The translations under genes and the position numbers were made by a program. A stretch of 64,000 nucleotides of DNA from Podarcis cretensis (lineage: Eukaryota). How positions within the stretch are numbered: the stretch's first letter is position 1; each line of letters starts with the position of its first letter. Where the stretch lies: assembly GCA_951804945.1 (NCBI GenBank), contig OX638154.1:68324001-68388000 (forward strand), read 5' to 3'. Below, piece by piece: positions 1 to 12,600 of this stretch. A model generated the notes under the pieces. The model had not been told where the DNA came from, made no database searches, and saw only the letters and a program-made list of their open reading frames with translations.

Positions 1-164
1 AAAACGGTATCTATTTATCTACTTGCACTTAAGGGTGCTTTCGAACTGCTAGGTGCCGGGACCGAAAGATGGGAGCTCACCCCGCCGCGGGGATTCGAAC
101 CGCTGACCATGCGATCGGCAAGCCCTAGGCACTGAGGTTTTACCCACAGCGCCACCCGCGTCCC
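1..164 (-). mobile_element. Sauria-type SINE, 5' part (cut by the window edge)
   Basis: The minus strand reads GGGACGCGGGTGGCGCTGTGG...GGTTCGAATCC, a tRNA-derived head with A and B boxes. It is similar to the copies at 31992, 32792 and 49594. Confidence 0.88.
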
Positions 165-934
165 CTCCTACAACATTCTATAACCCATTCTATAACATTT
201 TTAATGGGCTACAACATTCTATAACCCATTAAAAATGTAACCTTACTTAACCAGTTCAGATTATTATAACTGAACTCTAAACAAGTCTGCAGGCTTATAA
301 TGAAACCAATTATGCAGTAAGAAATTTCCTGTTGAAATTTTTACATATTTTTCTATTTGGGGTTTTCCATTAAAAGCAGCAGCATATTTAAAAACAGAAC
401 TCAGATAGTCTCCTTCCAAATCCATGTAAGCAGCCACCCCATTGCATTTGAGCAAACATTGCAGAAGTTGACATCTGTCCACAAAAAAGGGCTTTCAATC
501 CCTTCCCTGTTACAGGTCCCTGCATCTCCTCAAAAAAACCTTTCCAAGGAGAAAGGTGTGATGTGAGAATATGTGAAAATCATGCAGAGGCACCTTGCGC
601 AAACAAACTTCTGATGCAACACTGAGTCCAACCCGCTGTCTAAATTTACTTTTAACCTTTTTACACTGGATATTTGGGCCCAAGAAGATATAAAACATGA
701 TTAGAAGATAGGATTGAGCAAGAAATATCCTCAAGAGGGATTATAGAAAACTATAGAATGTCCTTTCCCATATTTCCTCTTCTACATAAAAGGCTGCTAC
801 AAACTGAAAAGCGGTAATAAAATGTTGGATTAGCAGCTCACAAACAATCTGTCTATGGAAAGTGTACATCTGTCTCCTGGCTTGTCTTTTGCATCACTTC
901 ATGACGACTGCTCAAATGCTATGTTCACTTCTCA

Positions 935-1531
935 CGTGTTGGTTACTTCCAAGACTGGATTATTGCAACGTGCTCTATGTGGGGTTTCCTTTGTGCTTGA
1001 TACAGAAGCTACAGTTTAGTGTATAATGCCTTGTCAGCATATAACACCTGTGCTGAGAGATCTGCCCTGGTTGTCAATTTGCTACCGGGTCAAGTTCAAG
1101 GTGTTACTATCACTTGGGACCAGTTTACTTACGAGATTGCCCTACCCAACATGTGTCCTCTTGATCGCTTTGATCGGCAGAATTGACACTAATACAGATG
1201 CCACATAATATCTGTTCTGCATTTGTATGAACTTGATCAGGCTTAGTGAGGCAGTGCGTACACTTTGGAACTCCCTGCCTATTGAGATCAAGAAGGCGTC
1301 TTCATTGTATTCTTTTCAGTGCTTGCTAAAAACATTCCTGTTTAGAGAAGTTCATCCAGATGCTTAGAAATCTGAGGGAGTTTTATTCTGTTTCAGCATT
1401 TTAACTTTTGTATTTTAACTTAAAGTAAGGTAGTAGATTTTTCTTGATTTTACTGTTTTAGCTTTTGTAAACTGTTTTTGAGTTTTCTAAACAATCAAAT
1501 GGTGTATAGATTTTATTAAATAAATACATAA
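935..1531 (+). mobile_element. Degenerate L2 LINE 3' fragment
   Basis: RT C-terminal remnants (DYCNVLYVG, HITPVLRDLPWL..YRVKFKVL) followed by an AT-rich (ATAA)-like tail. Boundaries are approximate. Confidence 0.7.
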
Positions 1532-1559
1532 AGTGGTTGTGTGTTTTTTTAAAGGGAGG

Positions 1560-1710
1560 TAAGGGCCAAAGCTCGGCAGCAGACCCATGGTATCTCAATA
1601 GTAGGAAGAAACTACTGCCCAAAGCCTTGGGGGCAGCCACTGACAGTTACTAAAGACAATACTGTTCTATGGATACATGTTCTGACTCATTACAGCATAT
1701 CTTCCTGAGT
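1560..1710 (+). mobile_element. Degenerate tRNA-derived squamate SINE remnant
   Basis: GACAATACTG...TCTGACTCA...CTTCCT resembles the 3' end of a common squamate SINE (from recall). A similar remnant lies at about 53360-53445. Confidence 0.4.
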
Positions 1711-2103
1711 AAAAAACCCTGCCAGCTACCACTTCTTAACTATCTAACGTTTGGTTCATTTCAAAACTATATTCCTTTTATTAATATGAATATTCTGTTT
1801 TTAAAAAGCAAATACTGACTGATTCAGAAAGACTCCTTCCACTCCTATTTAAGATAGCTCTCCCACAAACAGAATCCCTATATACCACACATGTGGTGCA
1901 GTTTCAAAAGTGGTTTGTATTGCAGATCTAATTACTGTTTCTAGGGATAGAGGCACAAGACCACCCAGCAACTCTGCCGCATGAACTCAACCACTATGTG
2001 CACATAAACACTGGTATATCGTAATTATGTATAGAATAGAATACTAAACACTTGCTTTGACAAGTACACTTAAGAGCTGACCACAAGGTAAAAACATACT
2101 TAC

Positions 2104-2145
2104 AATCATTATTTGGAGGAGCAACTTTCTTAGGCTCTGGTTGAT
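2104..2145 (-). CDS. FUBP1: FUBP1 coding exon 3 (42 nt; DQPEPKKVAPPNND)
   Basis: Acceptor TTTTGCAG ends at 2146 and donor GTAAGT starts at 2103. Phase 1/1 fits exon 2. The peptide matches FUBP1 DQPDAKKVAPQND. Further exons were not found in the window. Confidence 0.92.
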
Positions 2146-2910
2146 CTGCAAAAGTAAGATTTTTTTAAATGTTTTTTGTCACAAAGATAGGCAATTTAAA
2201 TAAATGGTTGTTCCAGAAGTGCAAAATGCAACTTGTCCAATGCATTTTAGCATGTTTTTGAAATTTCAGGGAATAGGTCATCTAAACAAGGAAAAATCTT
2301 ATATGTTTAACACTTGGTTAGTATAGTCAGGGGGGAAAAATCCAAAGTACTTCCATTTATCAGATAAACTGTTCAAGGTTTAATAAGGCACGCAGGTTTA
2401 AACACACTATTACGGATGTCCAGGTCACTAAAACATAACTAACAAACATTTAGCTGTATTATTAGTAATTTGACACTAAAGCTAATGATGCTTCTGTAAC
2501 AAAAACTGAAAAGACCACCATTGTGAGAAATAATCATTTTACAATTATATCTGACAACGACCACAATACTAAATAGAAAATCAAAATTTAAGATTCAGCC
2601 AACACATAGCAATACAATCTCAATCTGGGAACTGTCATACAGACTTCCTAACCAAATACTGAAAATTTCACGGCATAAGACGTCAAAACAGCAGATTCAA
2701 AGCCACTACCATCACTACCATCCAAATCCGTTTAGTATGAGTGAAAGTCGTAGATAACTGATATCTGATAAAAATTACCTCAAATGTTTCCGTCCCACCC
2801 CATATTCAGGAATATATGATGAACCACCATTATTAAGTGCAGTAAAAGTCAGACACATATTCCAAGAAATATTTGTGTCATCCATTTCAAAAGATCCACT
2901 AGTTCATTTC

Positions 2911-3058
2911 NNNNNNNNNNNNNNNNNNNNNNNNNNNNNNNNNNNNNNNNNNNNNNNNNNNNNNNNNNNNNNNNNNNNNNNNNNNNNNNNNNNNNNNNNN
3001 NNNNNNNNNNNNNNNNNNNNNNNNNNNNNNNNNNNNNNNNNNNNNNNNNNNNNNNNNN
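2911..3058. other. Assembly gap (148 N) in FUBP1 intron 2
   Basis: Run of N. Confidence 1.
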
Positions 3059-3779
3059 GCATCATTAGCTCATTTTTGAATATTAAAAACCTCACTAATA
3101 ATAAAAGGCACTTTAATAAAGTACACAAGTACTCCTTGTCAAGAGCCTTAGAAATTTTCTGTAAACAAAATTATAATCCATCAAAACCTACATTCTCCTC
3201 CAAGGTCAGAAACTGTCTTCATGAATTAAAAAAAATATTACACAATGCTTTGCTTTTAGAAGATAAACATATTAAACCCTGTTAAGCCCACAAAAGCTTT
3301 TTAAAATTAAAAAATGCTACACATTTCAGTAACAAATTTAAAAACAAAAGGTTCAAGCAAGTTAGAGGAAGACATTTCTCCATATATTTCAATGCTTGTC
3401 TTTTTAATGAAATAACTACATTTTAAAATGTTGTGCCTGCACAATGTAACTTATATACCAAACCACCAGGTTTGAAAAAGATTAACAAATGAGCATTCTC
3501 CATATAAATTAGAGGAGCTGTTAATCCTCTGTCACAAATATTTCAACACTGTGCTTCTGATGCATTTTAAATAATACATATTTTACCTACCTTAGGTTTT
3601 TAGTTATGTCTAAAAGATCATATCCATGTTGAAGATGGACTATTCTACCTTCTAACCAATAACCATCATTAAAGTAATGCAGAAAGGCTAAACTAACTCA
3701 TGCACTCACACACACACTATCAGTTTATAATTTTTAGAATTGAATATATTAGCATCTTATATACTGATTGACAGCATAC

Positions 3780-3870
3780 CTCCATCTTCAAGAGGTCTTT
3801 TTTGTCCTCCATAACTGTAATCATTTGAATTCACAGATGTTCCAGATTCATTTCCAATTTTTGCTGCAAT
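3780..3870 (-). CDS. FUBP1: FUBP1 coding exon 2 (91 nt; IAAKIGNESGTSVNSNDYSYGGQKRPLEDG)
   Basis: Acceptor TTTCTTTCAG and donor GTATGC. The GGQKRPLEDG motif is typical of FUBP1. Confidence 0.95.
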
Positions 3871-4744
3871 CTGAAAGAAAAGCAAAGGCAAGCATATCAA
3901 GTCTTTTCTTTTTTTTGACTATGTTGTAAAAAGTAATGTGTCAAAGAATGATTTTTTTTACACTTGCTGTAACAGATACCTTACACCATACATTAATATG
4001 TTGTCAAGCATTAAATTACACTAAACACAAGTTGTCTAACTATGATTTTTGCTCTGGGAGGCCACCATTTGAAGATCAGGGCAAACCTTTATATTAAGAG
4101 AAGAACAACTGGTGTCAGCTTAACTGGAAGAATCAGACATGCAAGTGCTGAAATACAACAGCAACCAATTATGTTATCAGAAGTTAGTGTGCTTGCTTGT
4201 GGCAGGCACAAACACGCAAGCAATTTCTTATAGAACTGCATACCATATAGAAGCTAACAGTGAATTGCTTGCTATTTTGCCCAAATAATTAATTTAAAGG
4301 GAACTGGCTTTTAAAATAATATAGTGAGGGTGCCTGCCTAAAGTCAAAGTGCAGTGTTATAAATGCTCCTCCTTCTCCAAGGTGTAAACTGGCCCCAAGC
4401 CAGTGTATAGATACTTCATATAATAATTGCAGTAAATCTTCCAAAGGTTAATGTCAGCGAAGATCCTTTTGAAATATCAAGCAGTGCATGTGCTTAGACC
4501 AGTGCTTGGATTTAGTATGGGATTGATGGTGGCTAATAAATTACAGTTGAACACTGACAAGATAAAATTCTGATTTGTAGATGCCCATGTCTGGAGACTT
4601 AGGTATACAGCCTGTGCTATATTCTCCTTGAAAGAAGGGATGCAATTTTGGGGTATTGTTTGATCTAGCATTGTCACAAGAGGCACAGGTAGCATGAGCG
4701 ACACAAAGTGTCTTTTTAAAAGCTATAACTGTTCCTTGACATGG

Positions 4745-5330
4745 ATAGTCTGACCATAGTGACCCATGCTCTGGTGACCTACGGACTGGGTTACTGTAAT
4801 GCGCCGTGCATGGTTCTATCCCTTGAAGACAATCCAGAAACTTAAGTTAGGGCAGAATGTAGCTGCTCTCTCTCTCTTTACTGGACAGACGGATTGACAC
4901 CACAGTGATTCTAAGAGTTACATTAGCGGTTTATTAACTTCAAAACACAATTCAAAGTGCTGATGCCTATCTTTTCAACTCTAAGCAGCTCATCACCAAA
5001 ATACCTAAAGGAACATATCCACCAATGCCAGGTTGCCAGGGTGTTTAGATCCTCAAAGGTGCGTTTTCAGTTCTATAACCAGGGCAATTTCCACTATGTG
5101 GTGCCATACCTTAGTTGTGCTGCGGTAAAGCCTTTGCTGTGGTGGCACTGCATACATGGAATGCTCTCCTAAGACTTATGATTGGAGCTCAAGCAATCAT
5201 GATTTCAGCACCTGGTCAAAACATACCTATTTGCGTCCAGGTATTTTAATAAGTTGGTAATTGATCATCTCACTCTATTTTAATTGCCTTATTTGGTTTA
5301 CCATTTTATTGTTGTATGGTGGATTGTTTA
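4745..5330 (+). mobile_element. Degenerate L2 LINE 3' fragment
   Basis: Remnants of VTHALVT..L.YCNA and CAATTCAAAGTGCTG, the same type as 935-1531. Boundaries are approximate. Confidence 0.6.
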
Positions 5331-7399
5331 TTTTATGTTCTCTACTCTACCTGAGAATCAATAGATAAAAGGTAGGTAATTAGCATTTTTAATGACTAAA
5401 ATGAAATTAATTTAAGATCCTGTAAATCTGGGTTCTCCTGTTTTAAAAACAAGAGCAAAAGTCATATTTATTCACAACTAAATGTGTTCAGTGGAACTTT
5501 TTCCCATCTAATAGACCCCATTTCAGGAGAACTTACTTTTGAGCATGTTTAGAATTGCATTATTTAAGATCACAGCCGAAATGAAATACAACTTAATTGG
5601 CTCAGGCTTATATTTGAATGTTCCCTTCATCTTCTTCTCCCCTATGATTCTCTCTTTATTTTAGTTTGAAAGAAACAAGCCTGACAGTTCAAATCCCGTC
5701 TCAAAGCAGAAAGAAATTACAGTACAAGGTGAAAGACAAGTAGGGAGTGTGCAAACCCAAGAGTCTTGACAGAGTCATTTATGTAACTCTGAATTATGGC
5801 ATGTTGCTGTATCTGAGCCACCTCAGTGTGCTAGATTTGGGATAGGAATGAGTTACACATTATACTACTCCAAGCTGCCCTTAGTCAAGAATTTTTTGTT
5901 GTAAGCATGTATTAAAAGCACTCTCACAACCTTATTGTCTTGTTTTTAAAATGTACCAACACCTCATTTTCAAGATTATATCTTCAGCCACTAAGATAAC
6001 TAATCTAAAATAACAGCCATTCTGCATCTAAAAAAAAATGTGTAGAATGGTTCATCTATTAGTGTATATGAAAGAGTGCAGCTATAAAGAATCCACGTCT
6101 TTCTCTTTTAATAAATGAGTATATTCATTCATCTATGAGGTAAGGTAGTAGTGTTGGGCCCTGAAAATTTAGCTTCATACTACAGTTTATAAATTATTTT
6201 GCCACTTCCTCTCCGTTAACAAAACTACACCAACAATTTACTGGATTCAGTACTATCTTCCTTGCCTTACCTCACCCACTTGCAAAGAAGAGGACTGTGA
6301 TCTTGTCTTGCTGGAGCTTTCAGTTTGTATGAAACGTTTGAACAAAGATACTGGCAACTGAAGGCAAAGAACTCTTAACCAAATGCTTTCTTAATTCTCT
6401 TTGCTTTTATAAATTAGTAAGAGAAGTGGTTCCTAGATCAAACTTTGCTGAATTTGGGCTGGTTGTTACATCTAACTGGTCTAAGTAAGTTGCTAGGAAA
6501 CAAGAAAGCTTAAGGCAACTAAATAAATGGAAGGGAAGCATAGTTGCTAAAAATGGCGGCAATTATCTTCAACAGTCAAGTAGGAAGCCAATTCTTTTTC
6601 CCCGACTGCCCCAAACCACACAACCAGGACAGAGTCGGGACTAGTTGACAACTATTGTATTTCAAATAACCTCTTACAGAATCGAAAGGGAGTCTTTTTT
6701 CTGATTTAGAAAATGCTCTTATCTCACCTATACAGCAGGCGACTGAAAAAAAATAATCTAAAAACTAATGGGGTCATATAAAGTGATATAGCAACAACAC
6801 CTTCTAATTATTATGTGAACAAGAGGAAAGAAAGGAAAGAGTGGACCAGCTACCTTATTAGGCAGCAATTTCTATTTTATAAAAGCGGTGTTTCGGGTTT
6901 CTCCGTGTTGTGCGACTGTGTAAAAAAAAATAAATTAGGGAAACCCTGAACTGTGAGTAAAAGGGAGGACAAAAATATCCCAAGTAAAGAGGCGGAAACT
7001 CAAGTAAAAGGTGCCTCGGCCATACAAGAGGCTACCCCCCCCCTTGAGGACGAGCGCTAATTCCTCCCTCATCCTGTGCAGTGTAAACTATTCATCAAAC
7101 GATGAAAATCGCTACAAGTACAGGTATTGCACGCGGGGAAGGAAGGAGACGGTCCTCGTGGACGAAGAGCGAGCGAGGTGGAAGTTGGGGGAAATCAGAA
7201 ATGCCGACCCACCCGCCTCTTTCTCTCTGGGTTGGTGGTGCACGAAGAGAGGACGCCGCCATTACGGGAAGGCGGCTTGAGAGGGGGGAAAAGGACTCCG
7301 AGGAAGAAATTCCCTCATAATCCGAGGGATGGTGTCTCTCAAATCTCACTTCCCTCCCTCGTTCCCGTGAGGCGCGAATGGAACCGAGGCGCCACAGGG

Positions 7400-8600
7400 C
7401 TTTCTCTTTCCACCCCCTTTTTCTAGTCACTGAGGAAACTACGACGCCCCTGCCCGAAAAGTCTCCCGAAGGCCCACGGAACAAAAAACCGCCTCAGCTC
7501 CTAACGGAGGGAGCGCCTCTGGCGGCCTACGGGACGGCGGTGGTGGTGGTGGGGCGTGCCCCGCTCGCCCTTGCGCAGGACGCCGAGCGACGGAGGGGCG
7601 AATTGGGCGGCCTGCTTGAAAAAGCCTGGCGGGCCAGGCCGGCCTGGGAAGCGGCACCCATTGCCCGGTGCCGACGATACACACCTGCCTAGCCCGTTGC
7701 AGCGCGTCTTTAAAAGCATCATTGACTGCCCCGCCACCTCCTCCGCCTCCCCCGGGCGCGCCCGAAGAAGGAGGGGGTACCGTAGAGTAATCCGCCATGT
7801 CCGCTTCGCCGCTTCCTACCGCGCTCTCTGCCTGCCAAGAAAGAAAGAAAATGGCGGCGGGCGGGAGCCTTTCACATTCCTGCGTCGCATCGTGTTCCAC
7901 GAGAGGAGGGCGGGGGGGTGGGGAGGGGGAGGAGGCGCGCGGCAAAAGCTCGCGAGACGTCTATGAAAAGGGCATGAGATTTCAAGGCGGGAAGGTAAAA
8001 AAAGGGAGGGGGAAAAGCTTTTGAAGAGGGAAAAGGGAGGAGATTATCGCGAGATGGGACAAATTACAGGCCGAGATTTGCAAATGTGGAAAGGGGAGGG
8101 GTTGCGTGCTCCCTTAGGGGGCGGGAGAGGCTCGCGCGATTTCTATGCGAGCGAGCTGCCGTGGTGACGTTTTAAGCGGGGTGGGCGGCTTTACATCTCG
8201 CGATAGGTTATCCCCAAAAGCCCTCCCTCTCGCGCTCTTTTTTTAAAAACCCCTCCCCCGGGCGTTTTGACGTTTCTCCAGAGCCGGCGTGTTTGGACAA
8301 TAGCGGAGGGGAGGAGGCGGCTCTGAGGGAGTTGCCGTCGCGTTTCTCGAGGAGCGCCGTCGTCGCGGCCTTAGCCTCTGGGCCTGCGAGTGAGTCTGTC
8401 AGGGCGGGTGGAGTGAGCGCGACGAGGGCCTGCCTCTCTCAGGGGGCAAGGCGCGTAAAGTAACGGGCTCGGGCCGCCGTTCGCGGTCGCCTTATATATA
8501 GCGACAAACCCAAGCAAAATTGGTGGGCCTGCGAAGCGCAGCTAAAGTTTTGATGAACGTTGTTAAAATGAAAGAGAAGCGCACGCCCCTGAAACAAGCA
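7400..8600. promoter_or_regulatory. CpG island: FUBP1 promoter, probably bidirectional
   Basis: Very high GC and CpG density. YY1 motif AAAATGGCGG at 7848-7857. TMTCGCGAKA-like motifs at 7949, 8045 and 8196. GC boxes are present. Confidence 0.85.
7685..7798 (-). CDS. FUBP1: FUBP1 (far upstream element-binding protein 1) coding exon 1 (38 codons)
   Basis: MADYSTVPPPSSGAPGGGGGGGGAVNDAFKDALQRARQ is the FUBP1 N-terminus. ATG at 7798 and donor CAG|GTGTGT. Confidence 0.97.
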
Positions 8601-9435
8601 TGTAAGGTCCCGGAGAAAACCATGAATGCTGATTTCGTATCTGCCCATAACGTTTATATTAAAGCTTTTCCACCTGCTGTTCCCAAAAAACAAACACGTG
8701 TTTTTTTCCTCCAGGCGGTGATGTCTTAAATTTGGATGTGGCGGGGAGGGGAGGGGCAAATGTCTCGTGGGTTTCTGGTACTGATGCATAGGCCTCAGAA
8801 ACACTCCAGGGACTAGATGCTGTCTATAAGTAATAACATGCCCTAAGGGGCTTGCATCCGATTCCCACCCCCAAATTCTGGGAACAGTAGCCTGTGGGTG
8901 CTAGAAACCATAGCTCTGCAAGAGGGTGAGCTGCAGTTCCCAGCATTCTTAAGAGGTGGGGATGTATATGGTGTGTATTTTCCATGCACCATCTAATCTA
9001 ATCCTTTCTAAATGCATTAGTTACAGCATCTTGGACATTTTGGATCAGTCAAACTCCCTGGGCTGTATCCAACTGGAATCCATACTCCCCCCCCCCTTTG
9101 TGCTGGACTGAGGGTAGGGGGACACATGTTTTGGGTGTGGTTTCTGCCTGCACAGTGATGCTGTGAAACTCCACTTTCAGCCTTTCAAATGTGCAGGTGG
9201 ATTGAAGTGCCACTGGCAGAATCTCAGCAGTGCAGAGCCCACACAAGCTGCCACATAACAGCCAGCCCAATTTTGGCTTGAGCAGCTCCAGGCCAGTGCA
9301 GCAATCTGCCTGACTCCCTACCCTGGCTACCAAGTGTGTAGCAGGGCTGCTGGTACAACAGGGTTCCTGCTGCTCTGTAAAGTGCCACCAGGCAGTGAGG
9401 TGGGGTCAAGGGTTTAAATTGCTTGCAGAGTCGTA

Positions 9436-9692
9436 GGGCTCATCCACACTTACCTTTGCTCCACATTTCTAGGCACAGGTCCAGGCTTTCTAGTTCTTTT
9501 CTTCTTTTTGCTCCAGTGCTTTCTCCAAAACTTCCTGCTCTTTGCTGCTAAATCAGACCAAACAGCAATCTGCAGAAAACCAATATTGCCATTTACTCCA
9601 ATTTGGCAGTAAATATCAGGTTTTCCTGGGGAAAGTGGCAGGTGGACCTGTGCCTAGAAAGTATGGAGCAAAAAGTAAGTGTGGATGAGCTC
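9436..9692. mobile_element. Fold-back MITE (PIF/Harbinger-like ends)
   Basis: About 50-bp terminal inverted repeats GGGCTCATCCACACTTAC.TTTGCTCCA..TTTCTAGGCACAGGTCCA, plus a partly palindromic interior. Confidence 0.75.
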
Positions 9693-12600
9693 ATACTTGG
9701 AAGTAAATTTGGTGAATTCAGTAAAGTCTGTTGATTACAAGGGCTCTATTCTGAGTATGACTTAATTGGAGACAATCCTTTATCTTAATCTGTGATCTTA
9801 AACTTGCATGTCTAGTTTAGTGTTTTTAGACTGTTCTGTAGAATCTTGAGGTTGATTGGAAACTTAACGATTCCTCAATAAGTTCAGTAATTGTGTACAA
9901 CCTTTGCTGAAACACAGCTTGTCTGCCGTTGTTGATGTTCCTTTGCAATGTATGACTGCAGGGAAGTGTGACACTGGTTAATAGATGACAACTGTGGGTC
10001 CCAAAGATACTGCTATGTGGAAAGTGCTTCTTCAGGATAGAAAAGTTTGAAAACCAAAATCCCGTTGGCATCAAAAACTTTCCAAAAAAGTATATATAGG
10101 GTTGGGATATATTATGTGTTAAGCAGGGAGAAATATATCCCAAAGAGCAGGGTCCATAGAAGAAGCGATAACTTGCATGTTAGATTTATATTTTTTGTAA
10201 GACATACAGTTACACTGTTTTCCTTTTTATCTGAAAGATTTACGTAGGGTTCACTAGGCAAGATTTAGTGAGTTAAGGGACTTAGCGTTGACACTTTAGC
10301 CTTGATATACGGTAAGTTGCACAATTCTCTCTTAATTCCTTGAACATAGTGATTGGTGGAAACAATGATATGGGGGTATTGTGCAGCTTTTTTTGCCTTC
10401 AAGCAGTGGAGATAGAGACAGGCTCAATGCGACAGACATCCTCAAAATAATTCATAATGTGTTTTTTCTGGAATCCACTGCTCATCATAACATCTATTTT
10501 GAAGCTGTGAGCTTGTGGCGGGGGGCAAGAAATAGGAATGATCATGGGACAGCCAGAGAAGTTTCATTATCAGGAGTACGCCACAAATTGAAATTTGTAA
10601 GATAGTCATTGACCTAGGTTCAAATTGCTGCTTGATATGAAAATAACATTGACCCTGGGCCAACCACTACCTCAGCTGTATACCTACAACACATGATTAA
10701 GACTAAAGAGCAAGTGGCAAAGAAACTACACTGGACAAAGGGCGAGTTTAATGTAACAAAAACAACTACAGTACTTATTTTCCATAATGTTTCTAAACTG
10801 AAAACCTTGGGATGGTAAGATTTCTAGTATTTGTAAAGATTAATATTTGTTTAGTGACCTCTAGTGGGCATAGTCAGATGGTGCTCATATAAAACATCCA
10901 AAGAGTTTAAAACAGTTTTTCAAAATGTACTAATAAAGTAGCTTGCAAGCGTTTATCCACAATAAGAAGTTGGTTACATTTCATGTAATTTTCCCTGAAG
11001 CATAAACATGCTGGCAGTAACATCAAGAGTTCCATACGTTCTTGATCCTGCTTTACAGCTTAATTTAGAGGAGGAGGAGCACTAGATTGCGCACTAACTC
11101 ATGAACTGCATGTAATCACATGAAGTTCATTATTTCGTGAAAGTGTTCTTGCCCCCCAACAAAGGGGGCTAGACTCTTGGAGTGGAGAGCTGCTTGGCTT
11201 TTTCCCTGCTATAACAACATAATCCATGCTAGGCCTTCGTTTAATATTCCTGCATTCCAAAGGAGGTTTTTTGGGGGGGAAGAATGAGAAGAAAAGCCTT
11301 TTGGAAAGAGCAACCATTGAATTATTTATAGTCGGATCTAGACAGGATTTTGTGGTAGCTGAACGGATGTTTCTGAGGCGAATCATCGGCAGTGCTTAAA
11401 TCATTCTCTACTTTTGTAAATAGATTTAGCCAAGGTAAAAACTTGAGGGAAGCAATATAGTTGTACAATTTGTAAATCTTTTTGAGGATTTGCAGTCGGG
11501 TGTGATACAACTTGCAGTACCTTGGCCAAAGGGCTGCTTGCTGGCTGCGTCTAAATGGCTGATTTAATAAGCTGCTGTCAAGTAGAATGGGGGTAGGCTG
11601 GGGGTAGGCAACTCACTACTTGTTTGCAAGGGAAAACACATTCTTGAGTTATGAATACAAATACTGAATATGGTAGTTCTGGGTTGTTATGAAATTATTT
11701 GTAACATGCCATATTATTTGTAACAGGTTCGAAGAAGGGCCTCTTGTGAGATATGGAGTGGCACAGGAATATTAAAACTCAAAGACTTAAGCAACCACCT
11801 TTAGTTGTTTCTGATCTGAATAGACAAATTATGCTCAGAGCTATGTAGCTTTCTCTTTTTGTAGAGCTCCTAATGTGTGACATCATCTGGGAATTTTAGT
11901 TCAAAACATTTGTCACTTTTGTCACCCAATTACCTGCCATGGATCTTCCTGCTGGTTAGGTTTAAGGAATCAAATCTAGTCTTTTCTTACTGGATTTCAC
12001 AGCGCAAGAGAACTGGACTTCTAAGTCTTCTGTAAACTTTAACTTTAGCACTGTGAGTCATACTCCAATGTGTGGGTGGAGAAAAGCCCTTGAGAGTAAG
12101 TCTCTGGCATGGATACTTGGAAACACACTCCACCCCCCTGAAATACATTGCATGTCTACAGCTGAAATTTGTGCTGTTCCTTTTTTGGTAAAGTTTTGAT
12201 AGGAATAATTTTCTTATGCTCTACATGGGATTAAATAGTGGGATAGACACTAAGTCATGTTTTAAAGTACTTCTAGAAAGTAAATGAGAAGAGCTCTAAT
12301 TATTCACTGGTATATTTTTGAGGATGTTTACCTTTTTCTCAACCCCATTACCCATGACATATTTTAATCTGCTGGACATGCATTGGCTGAATTTTGATGA
12401 AATGCTAAACTGGTTCAGTACTTTTAGTATGGCTATAAGGTGGAGTTTTGGAGCTTTCATTCCAGATTAAAGCACAGTTTAGTGTCGCCGCCCCTTAGAT
12501 ACTGGTTAATCTTAACTATGATTAGTTGAAACAAGTCAGCTTCATAAACTACTGTATGAAGCTGGCTTGTTTCAACAAACCATAATTAGGATAACTATGG

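Noticed and set aside
1-164. tRNA genes (also at 32792 and 49790)
   Set aside because: The A and B boxes belong to SINE heads followed by a SINE body. There is no complete cloverleaf.
2146-3779. FUBP1 cassette exon between exons 2 and 3, recalled from mammalian isoforms (DGSWTSPSSTTHWEG-like)
   Set aside because: No intact exon is readable. There is only a faint resemblance near 3110-3150 with no proper donor. It could lie in the N gap.
7011-8024. Multiple overlapping ORFs at the FUBP1 promoter, including the 168-aa N-terminal extension
   Set aside because: GC-rich DNA has few stop codons. Only the MADYS...RARQ segment matches a known protein.
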